Origin: Fastidiosibacter lacustris
Lineage (GTDB): Bacteria > Pseudomonadota > Gammaproteobacteria > Francisellales > Francisellaceae
Reading direction: 5' to 3'
Length of the DNA: 32,000 nucleotides
NCBI RefSeq assembly: GCF_003428155.1
Contig: NZ_QLIR01000013.1
Span: forward strand, 1 to 32,000
The first letter of the stretch is position 1; each line of letters opens with the position of its first letter. Below, piece by piece: positions 1 to 10,972 of the stretch. Below the pieces are notes generated by a model. The model was not told where the DNA came from, did not search any database, and saw nothing but the letters and a program-made list of their open reading frames with translations. A program made the translations under genes and the position numbers.

Positions 1-336
1 CTCAATGAAATTAAAATCTACATCCTAACTCCATCTCCATTACACTAACTACAATCCACAAAATCTATCGCTCAAAGTATTCAAGTATCTACACTTCATA
101 TCTCTTTCAAACATCCTTTAAAACCCTTATCCAGAGCCCTCTCACCAAACACTCTCAGTGACAACGAGTCGCCATTATACACACACATCAATTCCCCGCA
201 AGCGCTTTTTTTAACTTTTTTTTAATTTTGTTTAATCGTGTTTGAAAAATCGTCATACAGCTGTTTTCATTTTTACTTTGTTTAAAAACTTCCATACAAT
301 ACAGGCATTTGATTTTCCATACTAACTTATAACGTT

Positions 337-1311
337 ATGACTCTAAACCACCCTTTTGTTATTGACGCACTGCAAACGATTTCTTTGGAAATAGAAAGTC
401 TATGTCACCTAAAACAATATATTGATGATAACTTTATTAAGGCCTGTGAAACAATACTTAAATGCAAGGGGCGTGTAATCATCATTGGTATGGGCAAATC
501 TGGTCACATTGCCTCTAAAATTGCAGCCACCCTAGCCAGTACAGGGACCCCTTCCTTTTTTGTTCACCCAGCTGAAGCAGGTCACGGCGATTTCGGCATG
601 ATTACCAAAGAAGACATCGTCATTGGTATCTCTAACTCAGGCTCCACTCCTGAATTAACTGCACTAATTCCTATGATTAAGCGTTTACATATTCCTCTTA
701 TTTCAATTTCAAGCAAAACTCATTCACCACTTGCACAAGCTGCTGATATTTCATTAAACCTAGGGGTTACCAAGGAAGCATGTCCACACAACCTTGCACC
801 AACCTCAAGCACAACCGCAGCACTCGTACTTGGAGACGCGCTTGCAATTGCTTTATTAAATGCCAAAAACTTTACTGCTGAAGACTTTGCTATTTCTCAC
901 CCTAGCGGTTCATTAGGAAAACGTTTATTCCTCAAAGTTTCAGATCTGATGAAAGTAGGAAAAAACCTTCCAATTGTTGACCCTTCAAGTGGACTTGAAG
1001 ATGCTATCTTAGAAATAAGCAGCAAAGGTTTGGGTATGTGTTTAATTTCTCAAGATGGCAAAAAGCTGCAAGGCATCTTTACCGATGGCGATTTACGGCG
1101 TGTTTTTCAACATTCTTTATATCAAAAAGATATTCCCATCTCCGAGGTCATGAGCAAAAATCCCAAAACGATCCATCAACACGCAATGGCAACTGAAGCA
1201 CTTGAACTGATGAACCAGTTAAAAATTACAACGCTCGCTGCCGTTGATGATGATCAACATATTGCTGGAGTGATACATATGCACGACCTTATCCGTGAAG
1301 GTATAGCATAA
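337..1311 (+). CDS. kdsD: Arabinose-5-phosphate isomerase, KpsF/GutQ family (SIS domain plus CBS pair)
   Basis: Intact 324-aa ORF. N-terminal SIS domain (GRVIIIGMGKSGHIASKIAATLASTGTPSFFVHPAEAGHGDFGMI) and C-terminal CBS-like repeats (GIFTDGDLRR, VSDLMKVG, ISEVMSKNP). Confidence 0.95.
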   Translation: MTLNHPFVIDALQTISLEIESLCHLKQYIDDNFIKACETILKCKGRVIIIGMGKSGHIASKIAATLASTGTPSFFVHPAEAGHGDFGMITKEDIVIGISNSGSTPELTALIPMIKRLHIPLISISSKTHSPLAQAADISLNLGVTKEACPHNLAPTSSTTAALVLGDALAIALLNAKNFTAEDFAISHPSGSLGKRLFLKVSDLMKVGKNLPIVDPSSGLEDAILEISSKGLGMCLISQDGKKLQGIFTDGDLRRVFQHSLYQKDIPISEVMSKNPKTIHQHAMATEALELMNQLKITTLAAVDDDQHIAGVIHMHDLIREGIA

Positions 1312-2248
1312 GCAGAGTTACATCGCTACTATATCAAGCCTTATTTTACAGGTCGTCATATGCGGACGCTATGCTTACTTTTCCTGTATTTTTGAGGTAT
1401 ATGTGATTCTCTAAATTTTCTAAAGGAAAAATTAACGTTTGATAGCCTTTTATTACTTCTGTTGGCACTAACGGGAAATTGAGATAACCTGCACTAAAAG
1501 TTCACAACTTTCAAATAGATGAGTATAATAAGCAAAACCACTACAACCATAGCGACATCAATCATTATCAACCAGAAACTTACCTGCTGGTCATACTGAT
1601 AAATAATCAGATTCTATAAGGTCTAACTTATACACCCTAGCATTTCGAATGCGAGGACTCATCTCATCAGTAATAATACCTTCATATGTGTTTTGAATAT
1701 TCCTGTAAAGATAATATGGTCAATCCCAGCTACCAAAATCACAGGAGCATTAAAGTAGCATCTGTATTACGTGTTGCATAAAGCATAGGCCTGTTTAACG
1801 TCAGTTCGGCATAAATGTTTACTCTAGACGGTATCTCTAGAGATGTGATAAACAAACAACCTCGGAAATAATTATGCGGGTTAAAAAGACCAATTAGTTG
1901 ATCGTATTGTAAACATTTATGCTGAACTGAAGTTAAGAAAATAGAAACGTGTAAGAATATGATTTATTCAAGTACTTAAAACCTTAAAGGTAATTTTGTC
2001 TTAAGAAAATCAGCCACTAAAACAAAAAAACCTCACTTATCCTCCGAATTGTTAATAGAAATCAAACAAACACTTGACCACAAATGCAAAGGCAGTGGAG
2101 GTTGCCCGAGTTAGTAATACAAGGAGTGTTATAATTGTAAAAGAACAAGCCAAAACCAAAGAAACTTTGTGACGCCATTTGTCTTTAAAAGTGAAAGACA
2201 TTACAATGCTAGACTTAGATACTCTAAAAGTTCATGATTAGGTAGGAC

Positions 2249-2620
2249 ATGACAATCATTATTTGGTGCTTGCTGTTGTTTGGCGTGTTTTTAAATGCGT
2301 GCGCACAGCTATTTTTGAAATTTGGCATGGAGCGTATTGGTACATTTAGTTTTACACTTGCTAACGTTTGGCCAATTGGTTGGAAAGTAGCAACAAACTA
2401 TTTTGTCATTTTAGGATTAGCGTGTTATGTCATAAGTGTAATCGTGTGGCTTATGGTTTTATCTCGCGTGCCGGTTGGACTAGCTTATCCAATGGTTTCA
2501 ATTGGTTATATTATCACGGCCATAGCAGGATACTTTTTATTAGGGGAGCCATTAACTGCAACACGCATAGCGGGTATTTTTGTAATTATTTTGGGTGTTT
2601 ATTTGGTTGCAAAACCATAG
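2249..2620 (+). CDS. Small multidrug resistance/EamA-type 4-TM protein, probable undecaprenyl-phosphate-aminoarabinose flippase subunit-like (ArnE/ArnF-like)
   Basis: 123-aa hydrophobic ORF with four predicted TM segments and SMR-like sequence (LSRVPVGLAYPMVSIGYIITAIAGYFLLGEPLTATRIAGIFVIILGVYLV). First gene of an arnB-arnC-arnA-like operon. Confidence 0.8.
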   Translation: MTIIIWCLLLFGVFLNACAQLFLKFGMERIGTFSFTLANVWPIGWKVATNYFVILGLACYVISVIVWLMVLSRVPVGLAYPMVSIGYIITAIAGYFLLGEPLTATRIAGIFVIILGVYLVAKP

Positions 2621-2664
2621 ATAGAAAGTGGCCAAGTGTTTGTAAAAAAAAAACGAGATAAAAA

Positions 2665-3816
2665 ATGAGAGAAACCTTTTTACCGTTTGCCAAGCCAAGC
2701 TTGTCAGAAGAAGCAATTTCAGAGGTGGTTGATAGCTTACGCTCAGGCTGGTTGACCACAGGTCCTAAGCTTAAAAAATTTGAAGCCATGCTGCGGGAAT
2801 ATCATAAGGTACAGTATGCGCTATGTCTAAGCTCTGCCACAGCGGGGTTACAGTTAGCTTTAATGGCATTAGAGCTCAAACCGGGTGATGAAGTTATTAC
2901 CACACCGATGACCTTTGCAGCGACTTTAAATGTGATCGAAATCGTTGGTGCAACAGTCAAACTTGTTGATGTTGATAGAGGAACTTACAATATTGACATC
3001 AATAACATTGAGGCGGCAATTACGGATAAAACTCGCGTAATCATGCCAGTGCATTTTGCAGGACTCCCTGTTGATTTAGATCCAATTTATTCATTAGCTC
3101 AAAAGTATAATTTAACCGTTATAGAGGATGCAGCACATTCAATTGGAGCTGAATATAAAGGGCGAAAAATTGGTAGTTTCGGTGATATACAGGTCTTTAG
3201 TTTTCATCCAAATAAAAATATGACCACTGGTGAAGGTGGCTGTGTGGTAACAAGAGATAATGATGTTGCTAAACATATTTCGTTAACGCGCTTTCATGGA
3301 ATGGATCGTGAAGCCTGGAATCGTTTTGGCAAAGAAGGTAGTGCCCATTATCAAATTGTCTATCCTGGCTATAAATACAATATGATGGATTTACAAGCCG
3401 CCCTTGGTCTTCATCAATTACCATTTTTAGATGTATTTATTGAAAAACGTACTAAGCTAGTCAAGCGTTATTACCGAAAGCTTGCTGGTTTTGATCCACT
3501 TATTTTGCCTAAGCAACCTCAATATGTGCATAAACATGCGTGGCACTTATTTGCACCAACTTTAAATTCAGATGTTGCCAAAATCTCACGTGATGAGTTC
3601 ATGAGCAAATTAAAACAGATGAATATTGGCTGTAGTGTTCATTATGAAGCTGTACATTTATATCCCTATTACGCTAATAAATATGGGTTCAAGAAAGGTG
3701 ATTTTCCAAATGCAGAAGCCATTGGTGAAAATGTAGTTAGTTTACCTTTGTTTCCTGACATGACAGAGCGTGAACAAGATGATGTTTTAGAAGCTTTATA
3801 TACAATATTTAATTAA
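2665..3816 (+). CDS. arnB: UDP-4-amino-4-deoxy-L-arabinose--oxoglutarate aminotransferase-like (DegT/DnrJ/EryC1 family)
   Basis: 383-aa ORF. PLP aminotransferase motifs: GLQLALMALELKPGDEVITTPMTFAAT, VIEDAAHSIGAEYKGRKIGSFGDIQVFSFHPNKNMTTGEGG. Synteny with arnC and arnA-like genes. Confidence 0.9.
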   Translation: MRETFLPFAKPSLSEEAISEVVDSLRSGWLTTGPKLKKFEAMLREYHKVQYALCLSSATAGLQLALMALELKPGDEVITTPMTFAATLNVIEIVGATVKLVDVDRGTYNIDINNIEAAITDKTRVIMPVHFAGLPVDLDPIYSLAQKYNLTVIEDAAHSIGAEYKGRKIGSFGDIQVFSFHPNKNMTTGEGGCVVTRDNDVAKHISLTRFHGMDREAWNRFGKEGSAHYQIVYPGYKYNMMDLQAALGLHQLPFLDVFIEKRTKLVKRYYRKLAGFDPLILPKQPQYVHKHAWHLFAPTLNSDVAKISRDEFMSKLKQMNIGCSVHYEAVHLYPYYANKYGFKKGDFPNAEAIGENVVSLPLFPDMTEREQDDVLEALYTIFN

Positions 3817-3834
3817 AGTCGAAGGAGAAGCGCG

Positions 3835-4818
3835 ATGATAAAACCCTATTTAAGTGTAGTTATTCCAATATATAACGAGGAGGAAGTGCTACCAACGTTG
3901 TTTTCGCGCTTATTTTCAGCATTGGATAGCATTGGTAAAAGCTATGAGGTGATTTTTACCAATGATGGCAGTAAAGATAAATCAATAGAGCTACTCCGTA
4001 AAATACATAGTGAACGACCATCTCAGGTAAAAGTGATTAACTTTAATCGTAACTTTGGTCAGCATATGGCAATTATGGCGGGCTTTGAACATGTCGATGG
4101 AGAAGTAATTGTTACGATGGATGCTGATTTACAAAACTATCCTGAAGACATTCCTTTATTGCTTGAAAAGATTGATCAAGGACATGATGTAGTTGGCGGT
4201 TATCGTATGGATCGCCAAGATAAAAAATGGCGTCTATTTGTATCTAAATTGCATAACTTATTACGCTTAAAACTAACCGGTATCGATATGGTGGATGAAG
4301 GTTGTATGTTAAGAGCCTATACGCGTGAAGTAATTGATCGTGTGGTTGCCACAGGCGAAAATTCTACTTTCTTGCCAGCATTGGCACATAGTTTTTCATC
4401 TAACCCAACTGATGTAGGGGTACGTCATGCTGCTCGCACAGAAGGCAAATCAAACTACAATCTATATAAACTTATTCGCTATAATTTCGACTTTTTTGCT
4501 AACTTTTCAAAAGCACCACTTGAATTTTTCACAATATCAGGACTCCTTGTTTCACTTTTAAGTATCTTGCTTTTTGTTTACTTGATTATAAAGCGTTTGA
4601 TTGTAGGACCTGATGCGGATGGAGTGTTTACGCTTTTTGCGATCATGTACTTTTTAATTGGTATACTCTTGATGGGACTTGGTATCATTGGCGAATATAT
4701 CGGGCGAATTTATGAGGAAGTACGTAAACGCCCTCGCTTCATTATTAAGGAATACTTAATGCCAAAATCTGATCCAGCTGAAGAAAAATCAATTTCTTTA
4801 AAAAATGAGCACGAATAA
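3835..4818 (+). CDS. arnC: Undecaprenyl-phosphate 4-deoxy-4-formamido-L-arabinose transferase-like GT2
   Basis: 327-aa ORF. GT2 N-terminus (LSVVIPIYNEEEVLPTLF, NFNRNFGQHMAIMAGFEHVDGEVIVTMDADLQNYPEDIP), GCMLRAYTREV, and two C-terminal TM segments ending GEYIGRIYEEVRKRPRFI, as in ArnC. Confidence 0.92.
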   Translation: MIKPYLSVVIPIYNEEEVLPTLFSRLFSALDSIGKSYEVIFTNDGSKDKSIELLRKIHSERPSQVKVINFNRNFGQHMAIMAGFEHVDGEVIVTMDADLQNYPEDIPLLLEKIDQGHDVVGGYRMDRQDKKWRLFVSKLHNLLRLKLTGIDMVDEGCMLRAYTREVIDRVVATGENSTFLPALAHSFSSNPTDVGVRHAARTEGKSNYNLYKLIRYNFDFFANFSKAPLEFFTISGLLVSLLSILLFVYLIIKRLIVGPDADGVFTLFAIMYFLIGILLMGLGIIGEYIGRIYEEVRKRPRFIIKEYLMPKSDPAEEKSISLKNEHE

Positions 4819-4857
4819 ACAAGCAAAAATACTGTTAAATAAAGCAAGGTAGAATAA

Positions 4858-5874
4858 ATGTCGACAAAGTTATTAGTTTTAGGTGTCAATGGTTTTATTG
4901 GCAGTAGTATGGTAGAAAAAATCTTGAAAGAAACGGATTGGGAAATTTATGGTATGGATTTATCCGATCATAAAGTTAAGGCATTTCTTGGTCATTCACG
5001 TCTACATTTTGTTAAAGACAATGTGTTAGAGAATATGCCATGGGTGGAAGAGCATATCAAAAAGTGTGATGTAATTTTTCCATTAGTTGCTGTTGCAAAT
5101 CCTGCATTGTATGTGTCTGATCCATTATTTGTTTATAAACTAGATTATGAATCAAATATCGATATCGTTAAGCTTTGTGTTAAGCATAAAAAGCATCTTG
5201 TTTTTCCATCTACCTCTGAGGTTTATGGTATGAGTAAAGATATTCCTTTTGATGAAGAGACAAGCTCGTTAGTAACTGGTCCAATCAATAAACAACGTTG
5301 GATTTATTCTTGTGTTAAGCAGCTTTTAGATCGTGTAATTTATGCCTATGGTATGCAAGAAAACTTAAATTATACCCTATTTAGACCATTTAATTGGATT
5401 GGACCCAAGCAGGATGAAATCAAGTCATCCCAAAAAGGTAGTGCTCGTGTATTGGCACAATTCGTTTCGAATATTATTGATGGTAAAGATTTACAACTTG
5501 TCGATGGAGGGAATCAACGTCGTTGTTTTACCTATATCGATGATGGGATCGATGCTTTGATTAAGATTGTAAAAAAACGTAATAATGAAGCACATAGACG
5601 TATTTTTAACATTGGCAATCCAGATAATGAGTATTCGATTAAAGTATTGGCAGAAATGACTATAGAAGCAATGAAGCGTTATCCTGAATATAAGGCACTT
5701 GCAGCATCAGTAAAAATCACTGCCACAACCGCAGGTAATTATTATGGGAATGGTTATCAGGATGTCGAGCGCCGTGTACCTTCAATTAAAAATGCAAGAA
5801 AATACCTTGATTGGTCACCAAAAGTATCAATGGAAGAAGCGTTACAAAGAACGTTGGATTACCATTTGGGCTAA
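4858..5874 (+). CDS. NAD-dependent UDP-glucuronic acid oxidative decarboxylase, equivalent to the C-terminal domain of ArnA only
   Basis: 338-aa ORF starting LLVLGVNGFIGSSMVEKIL. CDVIFPLVAVANPALYVSDPL, FPSTSEVYGMSKD, RWIYSCVKQLLDRVIYAYG, LFRPFNWIGP and NYYGNGYQDVERRVPSIKNARKYLDW all match ArnA C-terminal domain motifs. No formyltransferase domain. Confidence 0.9.
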   Translation: MSTKLLVLGVNGFIGSSMVEKILKETDWEIYGMDLSDHKVKAFLGHSRLHFVKDNVLENMPWVEEHIKKCDVIFPLVAVANPALYVSDPLFVYKLDYESNIDIVKLCVKHKKHLVFPSTSEVYGMSKDIPFDEETSSLVTGPINKQRWIYSCVKQLLDRVIYAYGMQENLNYTLFRPFNWIGPKQDEIKSSQKGSARVLAQFVSNIIDGKDLQLVDGGNQRRCFTYIDDGIDALIKIVKKRNNEAHRRIFNIGNPDNEYSIKVLAEMTIEAMKRYPEYKALAASVKITATTAGNYYGNGYQDVERRVPSIKNARKYLDWSPKVSMEEALQRTLDYHLG

Positions 5875-5989
5875 CGAAAAAGAAAGTCTCTTAGAATTTT
5901 TAATATTAACGATCGCGTTATTATGCAGTTAAGAAATTGGATACGTCTCAACTCAAAACCATCTCAAGCTAATGGGGCAACTTTAAAAC

Positions 5990-6757
5990 TTAACGATAAC
6001 AAATCGCAAGAGGTGCGTGATCTGAAAACCATTCATCCGTGTAGATGTATTCACTTATAACCTTTTCTTTCAAACAAGGTGAAATAAATTGATAATCGAT
6101 GCGCCAACCCACATTTTTAGCACGTGCTTGACCGCGATTTGACCACCAGGTATATTGATCAGGTTTTTGGTTAATAACCCTAAATGCATCTACCCAACCA
6201 ATGTTGTTAAAAACATGATCAAGCCAAGCACGTTCTTCAGGTAGTACACCTGATGTTTGTTGGTTTTGCTTCCAGTTTTTAATGTCAATTTCTTTATGAA
6301 CGATATTAATGTCACCACAGATAATAAAAGGCTTTTTTTGATTAATCTGTGTGATAAGTATATCTTGGTATTTGTTCAAAAAATCCATCTTATAAGCTTG
6401 GCGCTCATCACCACTAGACCCAGAAGGTATATAAATTGAAGCAATACTTAAATTGTCATAGTCAAATTGGATATAACGCCCTTCATCATCAGCCCAATCA
6501 ATACCAAGTTGCTGAATGACCTTATTAGGTTTACGTTTGGCATAGATAGCTACACCACTGTAACCTTTTTTGATCGCATCCGTAAAAGCATAATGGTAAC
6601 CTTTAGGAAAATAAATTGACTCATTTGCTAGTTGGTGGAATTGAGCTTTAGTTTCTTGGATACATAAGAAATCAGCATCTTGGTAATTGAACCAGTTTAA
6701 AAAGCCTTTTCTGATAGCAGAACGGATACCATTAGCATTAAATGATATTACTTTCAT
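5990..6757 (-). CDS. xthA: Exodeoxyribonuclease III
   Basis: MKVISFNANGIRSAIRKGFLNWFNYQDADFLCIQETK, GDINIVHKEIDI, WWSNRGQARAKNVGWRIDYQFIS, YTDEWFSDHAPLAI are the EEP nuclease/XthA signature. The supplied ORF to 6820 uses a TTG; the ATG at 6757 gives the natural N-terminus. Confidence 0.95.
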   Translation of the reverse strand: MKVISFNANGIRSAIRKGFLNWFNYQDADFLCIQETKAQFHQLANESIYFPKGYHYAFTDAIKKGYSGVAIYAKRKPNKVIQQLGIDWADDEGRYIQFDYDNLSIASIYIPSGSSGDERQAYKMDFLNKYQDILITQINQKKPFIICGDINIVHKEIDIKNWKQNQQTSGVLPEERAWLDHVFNNIGWVDAFRVINQKPDQYTWWSNRGQARAKNVGWRIDYQFISPCLKEKVISEYIYTDEWFSDHAPLAICYR

Positions 6758-6820
6758 ATTTCTGTCCCCAAATAAAACAAAAAAGCCCGCAATGCGAGCT
6801 ATAAATAAGTGAATATTCAA

Positions 6821-7678
6821 CTATTTACTTGTGTTTTCCTTGGAGTCGTAACTGTCTTCTACTTTTTTATCAGTATCTGCTTTTTCAGTTTTAATTAGTT
6901 CAACTTTAAAACTTAATACTTGGTTCGGTCCGATTTGTGGTGGTGCCATTTCACCATAAGCTTGTGCTGGCGCACAGTATAAGATAACTGTAGAACCAAC
7001 TGGAATTTGACTAAGTGCATCTGTCCAGCATGGAATAACTTGATTTAAGGGGAAAGTAACAGACTTACCTGCCTTCTCAGAACTGTCAAACACTTTACCT
7101 AGAAGCTCGCCTTTGACAAGCTTAGCAGCAGCATCTTTAGTATCTTTAGCGTAGTCAGTAGCAGGAGTAGTACCAGTATAATTAACAGTCACTACATCAG
7201 TTTTAGAAGGAATTTCACCTTTACCTTTAGTAATAATTTGATAATAAATACCATCAGCAGCTTTCTTGACGGTTGCCATTTTAGCAATGTCAGCCATAAA
7301 CGTATCAGATGTTTTTAAGTTTGCTTCACTTTCAGCTTTCATTTTAGCTTGTGCTTTTTCAATCATTTCCATTTGGAAAGCTTGCATGGTTTCTTTAGAT
7401 TTGTCTTCACTAATTTTCGACTCTTTTCCAGATAAACCAGCTTTTAATCCTAAGTTAAGATCTTTGATATTCAACTTAATGTCTTGAGATTTAAAGCCTT
7501 TACCCATTTCATAACCGATGATATAACTAACATCATCCATATCGACTTTAGCGAGTTCAGCTTTCTTTTCAGCAACTGGCTTGTTTTTTGTTGCAGAGTT
7601 TGCGACTTGATCAGCAGCATAAGTTGTCATCGAACCAGCTAGAAACATTGCAGTTGTTAAAGCAATAATTTTTTTCAT
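6821..7678 (-). CDS. Periplasmic FKBP-type peptidyl-prolyl cis-trans isomerase, Mip/FkpA-like
   Basis: Signal peptide (MKKIIALTTAMFLAGSMTTYA), long helical dimerisation region, C-terminal FKBP domain (GKGEIPSKTDVVTVNYTG...VTFPLNQVIPCWTDALSQIPVGSTVILYCAPAQAYG). Confidence 0.92.
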   Translation of the reverse strand: MKKIIALTTAMFLAGSMTTYAADQVANSATKNKPVAEKKAELAKVDMDDVSYIIGYEMGKGFKSQDIKLNIKDLNLGLKAGLSGKESKISEDKSKETMQAFQMEMIEKAQAKMKAESEANLKTSDTFMADIAKMATVKKAADGIYYQIITKGKGEIPSKTDVVTVNYTGTTPATDYAKDTKDAAAKLVKGELLGKVFDSSEKAGKSVTFPLNQVIPCWTDALSQIPVGSTVILYCAPAQAYGEMAPPQIGPNQVLSFKVELIKTEKADTDKKVEDSYDSKENTSK

Positions 7679-7876
7679 ACTATCTCCTTAAAAAATTTAT
7701 CAGCGCTTTTAAAATTAAATTATTAGGACAACACATCCTAGGAATTGCTTTAGCAGAAGTCAATAAGTGTATGCACCAAAAGTGTGCAAAATTCCTGAGA
7801 TTTCAGATAGCAGAAAGTCTGTAAAATGGTTTGTGATGAGTATACAATGTTAGCATTGATTTTTGTGGAGATAGTA

Positions 7877-9418
7877 ATGGCAAAAAACACAACGGTGCTT
7901 GTTATCTTGGATGGTTGGGGATATCGTGAAGAAAACAAACATAACGCAATTAATAATGCAAACAAACCAAACTGGAATAATATTTGGCAGCATTCAACAC
8001 ACACCTTAATTAATGCATCCGGATTAATGGTTGGCTTACCTCAAGGGCAAATGGGTAATTCTGAAGTAGGACACATCAATATCGGTTCAGGAAGAGTGGT
8101 ATATCAAGAGTTAACGCGGATTGATAAAGCAATTGAAGATAAATCTTTTTATCACAATAAGGTATTGAATTACACAGTAAGTTCAGCTGTTATGGCAAAT
8201 AAAGCTGTTCATATTATGGGATTGTTATCACCAGGTGGCGTTCACTCACACGAAAGTCATATTCAAGCAATGGTGAAACTTGCTGAACAAAAAGGTGCTA
8301 AAAAAGTATATGTTCATGCTTTTTTAGATGGTAGGGACATGCCACCACGCTCAGCTGAGTTATCGATTAAAAAGATGGACAAATTGTTATCAGATTTAGG
8401 TGTGGGTTATATTGCCACAATCAGTGGACGTTACTTCGCTATGGATCGTGATAACCGTTGGGATAGAGTGGAGAAAGCTTACAATGCAATAATTAATGGT
8501 CAGGCAGAATTTTACGCAAATAGTGCGCAGGCAGCATTAGAGATGGCATACTATCGCAATGAAAGTGATGAATTTGTACAGCCCACAGCCATTCAAAAAA
8601 ATAAGCATAAAGTAACGATTGAAGATGGTGATACAGTTATTTTTATGAATTTCAGAGCAGATCGTGCAAGGCAAATGAGTTATGCTTTTACAGATGAGTA
8701 TTTTGTAGGGTTTGTGCGTAAACGCTTTCCAAAAACTCATTTTGTAAGCTTAACAAAATATGCCGACGATATTAAGGCGTCAGTTGCCTTTGAGTCTGAA
8801 AAGTTAACACATATACTAGGAGATGTGCTAGAGCAAAAGGGACTTACCCAATTGCGCATTGCTGAGACAGAAAAATATGCACATGTGACCTTTTTCTTTA
8901 ATGGAGGTCAAGAACGACCCTTTAAAGGAGAAGATCGTATTTTAGTACCATCCCCAAAAGTGGCAACCTATGACCTTAAGCCTGAAATGAGTGCTTATGA
9001 AGTTACTGATAAGTTAGTTAGTGCTATCAAATCCCAAAAGTATGATGTGATTATTTGTAACTACGCCAATTCAGATATGGTTGGACACACTGGCAATTAC
9101 GATGCCACAGTAAAAGCTATTGAAGCTTTAGATATTTGCTTAGGGCAGGTATCACAAGCAGTTAAAGAAATAAATGGTAACTTGTTTATCACAGCTGATC
9201 ATGGTAATGCTGATCAAATGGTTGATCCTGAAACGGGCAAAATACATACTGCGCATACTACTAATCCTGTTCCTTTTATTTATCAAGGTAGACACCATGC
9301 GGAAGTTACAATTAAAGAAGGGAAATTATCGGATATTGCACCTACGATTTTAGCGGTAATGGGGATTACTCAACCAAAAGAGATGACTGGCAGAGCAATT
9401 TTTAAGTTTGCAAATTGA
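7877..9418 (+). CDS. gpmI: 2,3-bisphosphoglycerate-independent phosphoglycerate mutase
   Basis: [63 protein letters not shown] and [11 protein letters not shown] motifs. ATG at 7877 chosen over the upstream 7826 start. Confidence 0.96.
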   Translation: MAKNTTVLVILDGWGYREENKHNAINNANKPNWNNIWQHSTHTLINASGLMVGLPQGQMGNSEVGHINIGSGRVVYQELTRIDKAIEDKSFYHNKVLNYTVSSAVMANKAVHIMGLLSPGGVHSHESHIQAMVKLAEQKGAKKVYVHAFLDGRDMPPRSAELSIKKMDKLLSDLGVGYIATISGRYFAMDRDNRWDRVEKAYNAIINGQAEFYANSAQAALEMAYYRNESDEFVQPTAIQKNKHKVTIEDGDTVIFMNFRADRARQMSYAFTDEYFVGFVRKRFPKTHFVSLTKYADDIKASVAFESEKLTHILGDVLEQKGLTQLRIAETEKYAHVTFFFNGGQERPFKGEDRILVPSPKVATYDLKPEMSAYEVTDKLVSAIKSQKYDVIICNYANSDMVGHTGNYDATVKAIEALDICLGQVSQAVKEINGNLFITADHGNADQMVDPETGKIHTAHTTNPVPFIYQGRHHAEVTIKEGKLSDIAPTILAVMGITQPKEMTGRAIFKFAN

Positions 9419-10711
<1,293 letters not shown>

Positions 10712-10972
10712 TACGAGATCTTCGACAATAGATCTTTGTGTATGGACCTTATGCTGGATCTAACAACAGTCATTATTTTGTTAATAATTTCCTGCAAGAC
10801 ACAGCGTGTTACAATTGCATGTGATAATGTACAAATGCTGGGATGCACGTCATAGTACAAACATTTATAGCTAAACGCTGGAAACACTTTTTATTGTGTT
10901 TGTATGCTTAGTTTTAAATTAACTCATGTTACAATGAGCTTAATTTTGTTAAGAATGAGTCTCATTTGTTTG

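Noticed and set aside
337-1311. kdsD as part of a contiguous LPS-modification island with arn genes
   Set aside because: The 937-bp gap argues against co-transcription. KdsD is a common housekeeping gene for Kdo synthesis, so proximity alone is not evidence for a joint system.
2368-2661. 97-aa ORF overlapping the SMR-like gene in another frame
   Set aside because: Overlaps the well supported 2249-2620 gene on the same strand in another frame; no family features.
5990-6820. N-terminally extended XthA start at 6820
   Set aside because: Uses a TTG and adds 21 residues not expected in ExoIII. ATG at 6757 gives the conserved MKVISFNANGIR start.
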